A DNA stretch of 64,000 nt, taken from the NCBI GenBank assembly GCA_963702845.1, contig OY969763.1, positions 32,001-96,000 of the forward strand, read 5' to 3'. Source of the DNA: an uncultured Verrucomicrobiae bacterium. Lineage in GTDB: Bacteria > Verrucomicrobiota > Verrucomicrobiia > Limisphaerales > Palsa-1400. Each line of letters starts with the position of its first letter. Positions within the stretch are counted from its first letter, which is position 1. The notes below the pieces were generated by a model, which did no database searches, was not told where the DNA came from, and saw nothing but the letters and a program-made list of their open reading frames with translations. Shown here one piece after another: positions 45,370-54,961 of the stretch. A program made the translations under genes and the position numbers.

Positions 45370-45593
45370 GTTAATGGTATTGTCACATCAAGGCTACTGC
45401 TTAAGTGGTTTATCTAATGCTGTTTGTGTCCTCAGTACGGGAATCAACTTTGCAAAACAGCGATGCCGACGTTCGTCGCGAACCCGCCATCTTTTGACTG
45501 CACACCGAATCTGCTTCTCGGTTGTCTCCGTTTCCTCCTGTAAAACATCTGTGTAAATCTGTGCTTATCCGTGGTTGAACTCTTCTCCCCTGC

Positions 45594-45725
45594 TTGACAA
45601 TACCGTAGCTTCACTACACACTATACAGAAGCAGCCGGTCGCTACCGGCATCCCCATAATTGGGGATCGTTCTTTGATATATGCGAGCCCGAGGTTCGGG
45701 TAGCCGCCGGATTGATGCGGATCAA
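45594..45725 (+). promoter_or_regulatory. Promoter-like site followed by short hairpins and a boxA-like motif (structured leader or ncRNA start)
   Basis: TTGACA at 45594; hairpins at 45634-45649, 45650-45667, 45688-45700 and 45712-45725; CGTTCTTTGA at 45668-45677. Confidence 0.45.
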
Positions 45726-45734
45726 CTCAATGAT

Positions 45735-46117
45735 GAGACATTTAGGAGAAACATTGGAGAAAACATTAACGTTAAAGAGTTTCTCATTTGTTTCTCCTAA
45801 GTGTCTCCATGTTTCTCAAAAGAGCCACAATGAGAAGGAATGAGCCACAATGAGCCACATTTTTGAATTTTTTTTTGGCGTCACACCGGCGAACGACCGT
45901 TTTACGCCCTTGCTGTCCGCTTAGTTGTTGAAAGAGAAAGGCTTGTGGAATTCGACCAATGGGGATGGAACTACAGTTTAGAACACCTGGATACAGCAAA
46001 ATACACCTAGATACACCTTTAGCAGAGTTTGGCGAAGGAGGTCGGGCCGGAAGGGGCGGACGCGAAACCAGCGGTGCATATCACCTTAAATCACTAAATA
46101 TCAGTAAATATCACCAA
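45735..46117. repeat. Cluster of phased 10-11-bp tandem-repeat blocks and a 19-bp inverted repeat
   Basis: IR 45735-45753 / 45789-45807 (18/19 match). Four-unit blocks at 45821-45860 (tgagccacaa), 45981-46020 (atacacctag) and 46078-46117 (atatcaccaa). Confidence 0.85.
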
Positions 46118-46204
46118 AGATTGTTTTAAAACCGAAGCAGCCGTGGTTGACGGGCGCATTCCATAATTGCGCAAACGCTCAATTCCACATAAATTTGAAC
46201 GTTT

Positions 46205-48022
46205 ATGGCTGAGCCGATTAACGAACCTGGAAAGAATAACGCGGAAGCACCGATGTCCGATTTCATTCGCGACATCGTGGCCGCGCACGTTGCGGAGAAA
46301 ACGTATCCGCAAATCCATACCCGGTTTCCGCCAGAGCCAAACGGTTATCTGCACATCGGCCACGCCAAATCGATTTGCTTGAATTTCGGCATCGCCCGCG
46401 AGTTTGGCGGCGTCTGCAATTTGCGCATGGACGACACCAATCCGACCAAGGAAGACGTCGAATATGTGGATTCCATCACGGCGGACGTGAAATGGCTCAT
46501 CAGCGGATGGGCGGACGATCAGTCTTGGGTTCAAGCCCAAGGGCAAAACGCCTGAAAAAATTTGTCCGAACGGCAAAGAAGATTATTACCTCGCGCCTGT
46601 CGTTCGTGAATCGATGGACGGTCTTGGAACCGTTTTATGCGTCAGACTATTTTCCGCAGATTTTCGACTATGCGGTGGCGATGATCAAAAAAGGCAAAGC
46701 CTACGTTTGCGACTTGTCACCTGAAGATACCGACAAATATCGTGGCTCACCCGATCATCCCGGCCAGGAAAGTCCGTTCCGCAATCGTTCTGTTGAAGAA
46801 AGTCTCGACCTTTTCACGCGAATGAAGGCCGGTGAATTCCCGAACGGCGCGCGCACGCTGAAGGCGAAGATCGACATGTCCTCGCCGAACATTTGGTTGC
46901 GTGACCCTGTTCTCTACCGCATTCGTCACACGGAGCACCATCATACCGGAAACGCATGGTGCATTTATCCGATGTATGATTTCGCCCATTGTTTGAGCGA
47001 CTATATCGAGGGCATCACGCACAGCATTTGCACGCTGGAGTTCGAAGTCCATCGTCCGCTTTACGATTGGATCCTGGAAAGCCTCGATTTGCCCCGCCCG
47101 TCAACCGCATCAATACGAATTCGCGCGCCTGAGCCTCACCTATACCGTGATGAGCAAGCGCAAGCTTTTGCAACTGGTGCAAGAAGGCCTTGTCACCGGC
47201 TGGGACGATCCGCGCATGCCAACAATCGCCGGATTTCGCCGTCGCGGTTACACGCCCGAAGCGCTGCGCAATTTCTGCCGCTCGATTGGCGTGACCAAAT
47301 ACAACGGCCTTACTGATGTCGCCGTCCTGGAACACGCGTTGCGCGAAGATTTAAACAAACGCGCCTCACGTGTGATGGGTGTGCTGCGCCCGATCAAAGT
47401 CGTTATCGAGAATTATCCCGAGGGCAAAGTCGAGGAACTCGACGCCGTCAATAATCCGGAAGACGCCACCGCCGGTTCGCGTAAAGTTCCGTTCTCGCGC
47501 GTTCTCTACATTGAGCGCGACGACTTCATGGAGAATCCGCCGAAGAAATTCTTCCGCCTGTCGCCCGGCAACGAAGTCCGGCTGCGCTACGCATATATTA
47601 TCAAGTGCAATGAAGTCATCAAAAACGCTGCCGGCGAAGTGACCGAATTGCGCTGCACGGCAGACCTGGACTCAAAACACGGCGGCGCAACTGCCGGTCG
47701 CAAAGTGAAGGCGACGATTCATTGGGTCTGCGCACAACATGCTGTCGACGCCGAAGTGCGCTTGTACGACCGTCTGTTCACGGTCGCAGAACCCGACGCT
47801 GGAGATGCCGATTTCAAAACATTTTTAAACCCGCATTCGTGCGATACGGTGACGGGCTGTAAGCTTGAACCAGGGTTGGCAAACGCGTCATCTGAGACGA
47901 AGTTTCAATTTGAACGGCTGGGTTATTTCCGCGTCGACTCGAAAGATTCAAAACCGGGCAAACTCGTGTTCAACAGAATCGTTTCATTACGCGACTCATG
48001 GGTCAAGGAACAAGGGAAATGA
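46205..48022 (+). CDS. glnS: Glutaminyl-tRNA synthetase, frameshifted
   Basis: [45 protein letters not shown]. Confidence 0.95.
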
Positions 48023-49182
48023 ACAATCAAAATCGGCGTGTGCGCAAGCGCCGCATCATCTGGCTCATCGCCAGCGTTGTGGTCATTGTGGGGGCAGTTT
48101 GCGGCTGTCAAAGTGTGAGTTTTTATCGCCAGGCGATTGGCGGCGAGTTGCATATTCTCACCCACCAAACGCCCATCAAAGAACTGCTCGCGGACACAAA
48201 CACGTCCGCGAGCTTAAAGCATAAATTTGAAGTGGTGCTGCAAGTCCGCCAGTTCGCACAAACGAACCTCCATCTTCCGGCTGACGACAGCTATCTCAAG
48301 TACGTTGACCTCCATCGTGAATTCGCAGTTTGGAACGTTAACGCGGCTCCGCCGCTGTCGCTCGAGCCGAAACGTTGGTGGTATCCGTTCGTCGGCAGTG
48401 CAAGCTATCGCGGCTATTTTGCCAAAGACGCGGCGACGAAATACGCGAACCAACTGAAGAAAAAAGGTTTCGAGGTTTACCTTGGCGCAGTCGAAACATA
48501 TTCGACGCTCGGCTGGTTCCACGACCCGGTCCTTAACACGTTCCTCGTTGAACCTGACGCTGATCTTGCCGAGATTTTGTTCCACGAGTTGGCCCACCGG
48601 CGCCTCTTCATCTCAGGCGATACTGACTTCAATGAAGCATTCGCCACCGCTGTCGGGGAAGAGGGTGTTCGCCGTTGGTTGCAACGAGATCCTGTCGTTT
48701 ATCAAAAGTTTCAGGTGGAGCGCGAACAGGAAGGTGATTTCATAAATCTCATTCTCGCGTCGCGCGATGAACTCGAAGCCGTTTACAACGACCCGCACCT
48801 GACCGACACGGTGAAGTTGCAGCGCAAAGCCCAAATCATTGCCGAGATGCGCAAAAAGCATGAACAATTAAAAGCGAAATGGGGCGGCAAGTCGTATTAT
48901 AACCGCTGGTTTTCCACGGAAATTAACAACGCCAAGCTCAACACCATCTCGGCTTACTACACTTTGGTGCCCGCCTTCCGCGCGTTGCTGCAGGCCAACG
49001 GCGGTGACATGGAGCGATTCTATAGTGCTGTGGAAAAACTTGGGAAAATGCCGAAACAACAACGCCACGAAGTGTTGAAGCAATCACTGCAAAAGACTGT
49101 TGGCAGCATCGACAACAGCGCTGACCTCGATGCTCTTCATGCACCGGAAGTCGATGGGGCACTCGCGGCGAAAGCACGGTGA
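48019..49182 (+). CDS. Putative zinc aminopeptidase (HELAH family), lipoprotein-like
   Basis: [40 protein letters not shown] overlap with glnS. Confidence 0.8.
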   Translation: MNNQNRRVRKRRIIWLIASVVVIVGAVCGCQSVSFYRQAIGGELHILTHQTPIKELLADTNTSASLKHKFEVVLQVRQFAQTNLHLPADDSYLKYVDLHREFAVWNVNAAPPLSLEPKRWWYPFVGSASYRGYFAKDAATKYANQLKKKGFEVYLGAVETYSTLGWFHDPVLNTFLVEPDADLAEILFHELAHRRLFISGDTDFNEAFATAVGEEGVRRWLQRDPVVYQKFQVEREQEGDFINLILASRDELEAVYNDPHLTDTVKLQRKAQIIAEMRKKHEQLKAKWGGKSYYNRWFSTEINNAKLNTISAYYTLVPAFRALLQANGGDMERFYSAVEKLGKMPKQQRHEVLKQSLQKTVGSIDNSADLDALHAPEVDGALAAKAR

Positions 49183-50163
49183 GCAGCCCACGCTTGTCTG
49201 CACAATTTCTGCATTTCCAAAAATCGGCCCGGTGAGTTCTGAGGAGGTGCTTCCAAACGGGACGACGATCGGTGTGCCGACTGCATTGGCTAAATGCATC
49301 GGGCCAGTGTCATTGGTCAAAACGAGACGGGAGGTTTTTAAGAGAGCTGCCAGTTCTCGCAATGATGTTTGGCCCGCGACGTTGATTGGTTTTTTGTCGG
49401 GTGCGAACATCGCGATTTGTTCAGCAATCCAATCGCATATTTCTCGATCAGCCGCTCCGCCAAAAATCATCCAGCGGCCTTGATGCTTCACCTGTAGCTT
49501 CGCCGTGACTGCCGCGAAGCGATCCTTCAGCCAACGTTTGGCGGGACCGTATTCAGCGCCGGGATTTAGGCCGAACAACACCTCGTCTTTGCTGAGGTTG
49601 AGTTTTGCTCGCGCGGTGGCCACTTCAGTTTCGGTTACGACGATTTTGGGTGCCAGGGGTTCTGGTGACGCACCCACAGCAGCGACGATTCCGAGATAGT
49701 CGTAAATGTGATGCGCGCGTTTCGGCGGATCGAATTTCCTTGTGGAGTCGGCGTCGCGCTTGATTTCGGAGTCCGACTTCTTGTGCATCTGCACTGCGTC
49801 CGCACGGCGTGGAATAACTTTATTCAACAGCAGGTTTCGGAATCCAGCCGAGTACCCGACACGCCGTCGAATTCCGGCGAGGCGAAGCTCTAAACCGGAA
49901 CGAATCGAATTCGGGAATGCGATGCCGAGGTCAAATTTTTCAGCCCGCAATCGTTTTGCGATAGTCATCACGCTTTCATCCGGCGTGAAACTCATCACAG
50001 CGTTCGCGTAGGGTTGTTCCTTCCATAGCTCTGCAAGTTTGGCGTGCGACAACAGCGTGATGTGAGCGTCCGGTTTGGCTTCACGCAAACGGAGCAGGGC
50101 AGGGGTGCTCATGACGGCATCGCCGAGCCAGTTAACGCAACGGACGAGGATGCGTTCGTTCAT
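49084..50163 (-). CDS. waaF: Lipopolysaccharide heptosyltransferase II (GT9)
   Basis: [40 protein letters not shown]. Confidence 0.9.
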   Translation of the reverse strand: MNERILVRCVNWLGDAVMSTPALLRLREAKPDAHITLLSHAKLAELWKEQPYANAVMSFTPDESVMTIAKRLRAEKFDLGIAFPNSIRSGLELRLAGIRRRVGYSAGFRNLLLNKVIPRRADAVQMHKKSDSEIKRDADSTRKFDPPKRAHHIYDYLGIVAAVGASPEPLAPKIVVTETEVATARAKLNLSKDEVLFGLNPGAEYGPAKRWLKDRFAAVTAKLQVKHQGRWMIFGGAADREICDWIAEQIAMFAPDKKPINVAGQTSLRELAALLKTSRLVLTNDTGPMHLANAVGTPIVVPFGSTSSELTGPIFGNAEIVQTSVGCSPCFRRECPIDFRCMKSIEVSAVVDAANSLLQ

Positions 50164-51332
50164 CGGAAGCAAATTTTGCGGACGCAATCCTGAAAGTCTT
50201 CCGCGCCGTTAAGGATTTTGATCTCAACGCGCATGAAAAGAATCGGGATGTCGCGCCGATCGATTTTAGGGAAACGCACAGCATCTTTTTGCGTCGTGAG
50301 GATTGCGTCAGCCTGGCGCTTTTTGCTGCGGTTGATGACGTTGAGGATTTCCTGCTGTGTGAATCGATGGTGATCGGCGAATCGTTTGGAATAAACCAAC
50401 TCCGCGCCACCTTTAACGAGGCTTTGCTCAAAACTTTCCGGCTGCGCAATGCCGCTCAGGGACGCAATGCGCTTCCCTTTGACGTATTCCAACCCATGCC
50501 TTTCGCCGGTGAAGACATCTTCGAAATAGAGCGGGTGATGGACGCACTCGATGATCCCGGCAGTTGAATTGTAGTGGGCGATTCGTTTGCGCAGCTCAGC
50601 GGTGTTGCCATCGCTCTTGGTGATGAAGATCGTCGTGGCGCGGGCAAGATGCGACACCGGCTCGCGCAATGTGCCGCGCGGGAGAAGGTGCTCGTTACCG
50701 AACGGTTGCTGGCAATCGATGAGCACAACGTCATGACGTCGGCCGGCCAGCTTCCAATATTGGAAACCGTCGTCGAGCAAGAGCGTGTCACAACCAAAAT
50801 GCTCGATGGCGTATCGGCCGCTCTTCACGCGGTTTTTATCGACGAGCACGACGACGTCTTTCAAGTTCGAAGCCAGCATGTATGGCTCGTCGCCAGCGGT
50901 TTCAGAATCAAGCAGCAACGATTTGCCATCGGAAACGATTCGAGGCGGCGTGCTGTCACCCCGAAACAGCAGCGTGTTCCACATACGTTTTGGCAGGGGC
51001 GGTGGTTTAGAACGATAACCGCGCGAGAGAATGGCAACCGTGCGGCCCTGATTTTTCAGTTCGCGCGCAAATTTTTCCACGACGGGAGTTTTGCCCGTGC
51101 CGCCGACGGTGACGTTCCCGATCGCGATAACCTGGATGCCGAGAGTCGAGTCGCGAAGCAGCCGCATGTCATAAAGGAAGCGGCGCAGTTTGATGATGCC
51201 GGTGTATCCCTTCGAAAGGACGTGAAGACATGCGCGAATTACCGCAGCTTTTTTATCCCGCCGTTGCTCGAAGATAACTTCGAGCACGATCGTTTCGATC
51301 GCTTCTGCCCACGCTCGCAACGTTTCGCGCAT
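50160..51332 (-). CDS. lpxK: Tetraacyldisaccharide 4'-kinase
   Basis: [51 protein letters not shown]. Confidence 0.95.
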   Translation of the reverse strand: MRETLRAWAEAIETIVLEVIFEQRRDKKAAVIRACLHVLSKGYTGIIKLRRFLYDMRLLRDSTLGIQVIAIGNVTVGGTGKTPVVEKFARELKNQGRTVAILSRGYRSKPPPLPKRMWNTLLFRGDSTPPRIVSDGKSLLLDSETAGDEPYMLASNLKDVVVLVDKNRVKSGRYAIEHFGCDTLLLDDGFQYWKLAGRRHDVVLIDCQQPFGNEHLLPRGTLREPVSHLARATTIFITKSDGNTAELRKRIAHYNSTAGIIECVHHPLYFEDVFTGERHGLEYVKGKRIASLSGIAQPESFEQSLVKGGAELVYSKRFADHHRFTQQEILNVINRSKKRQADAILTTQKDAVRFPKIDRRDIPILFMRVEIKILNGAEDFQDCVRKICFR

Positions 51333-51354
51333 TTAAAAAATTACCGCGCTAGCG

Positions 51355-51924
51355 TCAGCGTCCCCACTCGGGATTCTCGATGAAGGCGTAGCAAAGCATG
51401 TGGCAAATGCCCATCTGCGCGTCTTCGACGCGGCCGTAGTGAGTGTCTTCGATCGCGATGACGTGGTCGGCAATTTTCGCCATGCAACCGCGTTTGCCGC
51501 CAACCAGCGCAATTGTTTCCAAATCGTTTTTCTTCGCCCATTCGAGGGCTTTGACGACGTTCGGCGAATCGCCGCTGACACTGATTGCGAGAACGACATC
51601 ACCTTTCCTGCCGAAATTTTCCAACTGCCGCAGGTAAACGTCGTCGTAGTGGTAATCGTTGCCGATTGCCGTCATCCAACTGACGTTGTCGTTCAGTGAA
51701 ATACAGCGGAAACGTTTGCCGACTTTGTCAGAAGCGCCTTTGCCGAGGTCGGTGACAAAGTGGGATGCGTTGGAGGCGCTTCCGCCGTTGCCGAAGACGA
51801 AAATATGGCGGTCATCTTTGAGCGCCGCTTTCAAGCGGTCGATGAGCTTCGCAACTGCGTCGACAGGAATAGAGTCGAGTGCAGCCTTTTGTGCCTTGAT
51901 GTAATCGGAAATCCACTGATTCAT
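51355..51924 (-). CDS. gmhA: Phosphoheptose isomerase (SIS domain)
   Basis: FGNGGSASNASH, TAIGND, ISVSGDSPNV, YGRVED; LPS gene context. Confidence 0.8.
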   Translation of the reverse strand: MNQWISDYIKAQKAALDSIPVDAVAKLIDRLKAALKDDRHIFVFGNGGSASNASHFVTDLGKGASDKVGKRFRCISLNDNVSWMTAIGNDYHYDDVYLRQLENFGRKGDVVLAISVSGDSPNVVKALEWAKKNDLETIALVGGKRGCMAKIADHVIAIEDTHYGRVEDAQMGICHMLCYAFIENPEWGR

Positions 51925-51936
51925 GGGGCGACTAGT

Positions 51937-52824
51937 CTAGGGAACTTCTAGAGACGCGGCAAGCGCCAACGCCCCAATTGGAACAGCATCTTCTTGCAAA
52001 GTGGTCAGCGCAATTTTCGGCCCGGGCGCGAACGCATGCATTGTATATTTACCGAGCGCTGCCTCGACTCCGCACCGCAAGGCTTCGCCAACGAGCGAGA
52101 GACCGCCCCCGAGCACGATAATTTCCGGGTGAAAGAGATGAACAACGTGCGACAGGCCAAAAGCGAGATCGTCGGCTGTTTCACTCAGAATTGTTTGTGC
52201 GGTGATATCACCGTTTTCGAGGAGTGTTTTCAAAAGCTTCGCTTCACCGCCATTGGTTCCGGCGATTTTTGCCTCACGAAGCTTTCGATCAACCGCCCAA
52301 CCCGAGCAGCGCGATTCGACCGTCGTTCCTGATTTATCCAGACGCACATGACCGATCTCGGATTCTCCGGGCTTTGCTCCATGATAAATTTTTTTGTCCA
52401 CAACCAAACCGCCACCGACTCCGCTCCCGAGAGTGACATAAAAAACGGCCTGGTGATTTCGCTCGGCACCATGCAACGCTTCGCCCAGCGCTGCGACATT
52501 CGCATCGTTATCGACACGAACGGGTAAGTCGCTTATCTCGTGCAACCAATTCTGCAATGGAAATTCAGACCACCCTTCAATCTGGTGCGAACAACAGATG
52601 TGGCCTGTACTCCAATCAACCGGGCCACCAAAGCCGACTCCGATCGCGTCAGTCTTCGCTTTCAGGAACTCAGGAAGTGCTCGTTCTATCTGCTGCCTGA
52701 TGCCCTCGCCTCCTGCGGTTGGTTCAACGGCAAAACGACGTCGTTCGGAAATGGTTCCGTACTCGTCGCCGGCAACAACTTGCAATTTCGTGCCGCCGAT
52801 CTCTATGCCGATAAAACGACGCAT
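51937..52824 (-). CDS. ROK family sugar kinase
   Basis: GIEIGGTK, DNDANVAALGE, TLGSGVGGG, EIGH, VLGGG. Confidence 0.85.
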   Translation of the reverse strand: MRRFIGIEIGGTKLQVVAGDEYGTISERRRFAVEPTAGGEGIRQQIERALPEFLKAKTDAIGVGFGGPVDWSTGHICCSHQIEGWSEFPLQNWLHEISDLPVRVDNDANVAALGEALHGAERNHQAVFYVTLGSGVGGGLVVDKKIYHGAKPGESEIGHVRLDKSGTTVESRCSGWAVDRKLREAKIAGTNGGEAKLLKTLLENGDITAQTILSETADDLAFGLSHVVHLFHPEIIVLGGGLSLVGEALRCGVEAALGKYTMHAFAPGPKIALTTLQEDAVPIGALALAASLEVP

Positions 52825-53020
52825 CTTTGGATTTTACAGTGGCATGGATCTAACGTGAAGTAATTGAAATTTTGAGAGCGGTCCAACATTTCTCTTGTCG
52901 TCCCGGACTTTCTTTGACACAACCCTGCGAGATATTGCCGAGGAGTGCCCGCCATTTTAACAGTCGCAGGCACGGGCTCTTTGGCTATAATGACAACGTG
53001 CAATCGGAAAACCAATAGCC

Positions 53021-54283
53021 ATGCCGTCTCCAGCTTCGGAAACAACGCCTAACCAACCAGCACCGTCAATACCGGCGAAGGTCAAGCCCAACCTGTTGGT
53101 CGTGGACGACGAAGAGGGGCCGCGCCAATCCTTGCGCGTTGTTTTCATGAACGATTACAACGTGCTGTTGGCCAACGACGGCATGCGCGCGCTCGAACTC
53201 GCGAAAGAAAATAAAATCAACGTCGCCGTAGTCGACCTTCGCATGCAGCACATGGACGGCATCGAGGTGATGGAGAAACTGAAGGCTGTTCAGCCGACGA
53301 TCGAGATCATCATGCTCACCGCCTATGAGACGATCGACACCATTCGCCAGGCGCTACGGTTGGGCGCTTGCGATTATTTGAACAAGCCCTTCGACATCGC
53401 CGCCATGCGCAAAGCGATCGCAAAGGCCAATGATCGTCACATCGTTGCGGAGCAGATTCGCGGGAATAACGACAGGTTGTCGCAGCTTCAATCCGAGTTG
53501 CACAATCAACGTTTGCAGGAAGAGGTCATGAAAGTGCGCGGCGAGATTTACGGGAGCATTTTGCACGATATCAATGGCCCGCTCACCATCATTTCTGGTT
53601 ACATTCAGCTCATCAACGTCAAGATCGGCGACGCGCAGCATCTTGAGGGTGAAGACCTCCAGGTCATCAAAGAGCGGTTGAACAAGATTACGCAACAGGT
53701 CGGCAACAGTATCGAAATTTCGCAGCGTTACTTGAGTTTCATTCGCCAGGAAGCCAGCCCGGCCAGTCGTGTCAGTGTCAATCAGGTGCTAAAAGACCTC
53801 GGCGAGTTGCTCGACGTGCATCCCGGCAAAGGCGACCATACGTTCAAGGTGCAACCTGTTGCCGAAGACATCGAACTGCAGATGAACGGCACGGACCTAA
53901 TTCAGATTCTGCTCAATCTCGCAATCAACGCGTTTCAAGCATCCCCAAAACCGCACACTGTCGAGGTGATAGGTAACATTTTGGATGGATCGCAGAATTT
54001 TTCTGCAGTCAATGACGGACCGAACGATCGCTTCTTGGAAGAGGATTTTAACGCCAACGCCAGGCTTTTGGCATTGACCGTTCGCGACAACGGCCCAGGC
54101 ATTCCTGCGGACGTGATCAGTAAAGTGTTCCAACCCTATTTCACGACCAAGCCGCTTGGGAAGGGGACTGGCCTGGGGCTTTCAATCGTGCAGCGTCTAT
54201 TGAAAGAGGCTAAAGGCGCTCTGCACCTGCACACGAAAGTTGGTGAGGGTACCACCTTCACGCTATATTTGCCGATTGCTTGA
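53021..54283 (+). CDS. Hybrid receiver-histidine kinase
   Basis: N-terminal REC (LLVVDDE, DLRM, KPF); H-box LHDINGPL; N/G boxes NLAINA, DNGPGI, FTTK, GTGLGL. Confidence 0.9.
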   Translation: MPSPASETTPNQPAPSIPAKVKPNLLVVDDEEGPRQSLRVVFMNDYNVLLANDGMRALELAKENKINVAVVDLRMQHMDGIEVMEKLKAVQPTIEIIMLTAYETIDTIRQALRLGACDYLNKPFDIAAMRKAIAKANDRHIVAEQIRGNNDRLSQLQSELHNQRLQEEVMKVRGEIYGSILHDINGPLTIISGYIQLINVKIGDAQHLEGEDLQVIKERLNKITQQVGNSIEISQRYLSFIRQEASPASRVSVNQVLKDLGELLDVHPGKGDHTFKVQPVAEDIELQMNGTDLIQILLNLAINAFQASPKPHTVEVIGNILDGSQNFSAVNDGPNDRFLEEDFNANARLLALTVRDNGPGIPADVISKVFQPYFTTKPLGKGTGLGLSIVQRLLKEAKGALHLHTKVGEGTTFTLYLPIA

Positions 54284-54772
54284 TTACTCAACGGGTTGCA
54301 GTTCATGCGGCGGAATTGCTTCAACCGCAGCGGCGAATTGGTCGACGTGGATCCAATCGCGAAGCTTTTTCATTAAATCGATCAATTCGAGCAGATCCGC
54401 TGGTTTGACGAGAAACGCATTCGCGCCGAGATCAAACGAAGTCTCCACATCTTCTTTGCGCATAGAAGCGCTTAGAATTATCACGCACAGGCGATGAAAG
54501 CCGGGATTATCCCGCACCCACCGCAGCACTTCAAAGCCGCTCACCCCCGGCATGTTCAAGTCGAGTAGCAATACTGTTGGTATCGGGTGCTGCTCGCGGT
54601 CGCTAAACTCGCCCTCGCCGCACAAATATGCGATCGCCTGCTCACCTCCCGTGACTGTCTGATACGGCAAATCAAATTCCGCCTTCTTGAATGCGCGGCG
54701 CATCAAGAGAAGGTCGTTTTCGCTGTCGTCGACAATAAGAACAGCTGGCCCCAAGTTCATCCCTTCGGTCAC
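54284..54772 (-). CDS. Single-domain response regulator (Rcp1/CheY-like)
   Basis: LIVDDSEND, LLDLNMPGVSGFEVL, GANAFLVKP. Confidence 0.9.
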   Translation of the reverse strand: MTEGMNLGPAVLIVDDSENDLLLMRRAFKKAEFDLPYQTVTGGEQAIAYLCGEGEFSDREQHPIPTVLLLDLNMPGVSGFEVLRWVRDNPGFHRLCVIILSASMRKEDVETSFDLGANAFLVKPADLLELIDLMKKLRDWIHVDQFAAAVEAIPPHELQPVE

Positions 54773-54961
54773 GTTCGCTCACGTTGCAGTCCCTGCCAAC
54801 GCGGCAACCGGTGTTTTTCTCCGTGATGGAATTGATGAGTGATCATTCACGCACGTGCCTAGATTGCCTCTACGGCTTTAATTGACAATCCTCACCCCGG
54901 TTTCTAAACTCGCCGAATCTCGCCAGACATGCAGCTTGGCCTGACCCCTGATCCCAAACAT

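Noticed and set aside
45508..45580. Short ctccgtttcctcctgt / atctgtgtaaatctgtg motifs as a distinct element
   Set aside because: They resemble small dispersed repeats, but only one occurrence is visible here, so I cannot support them as a feature.
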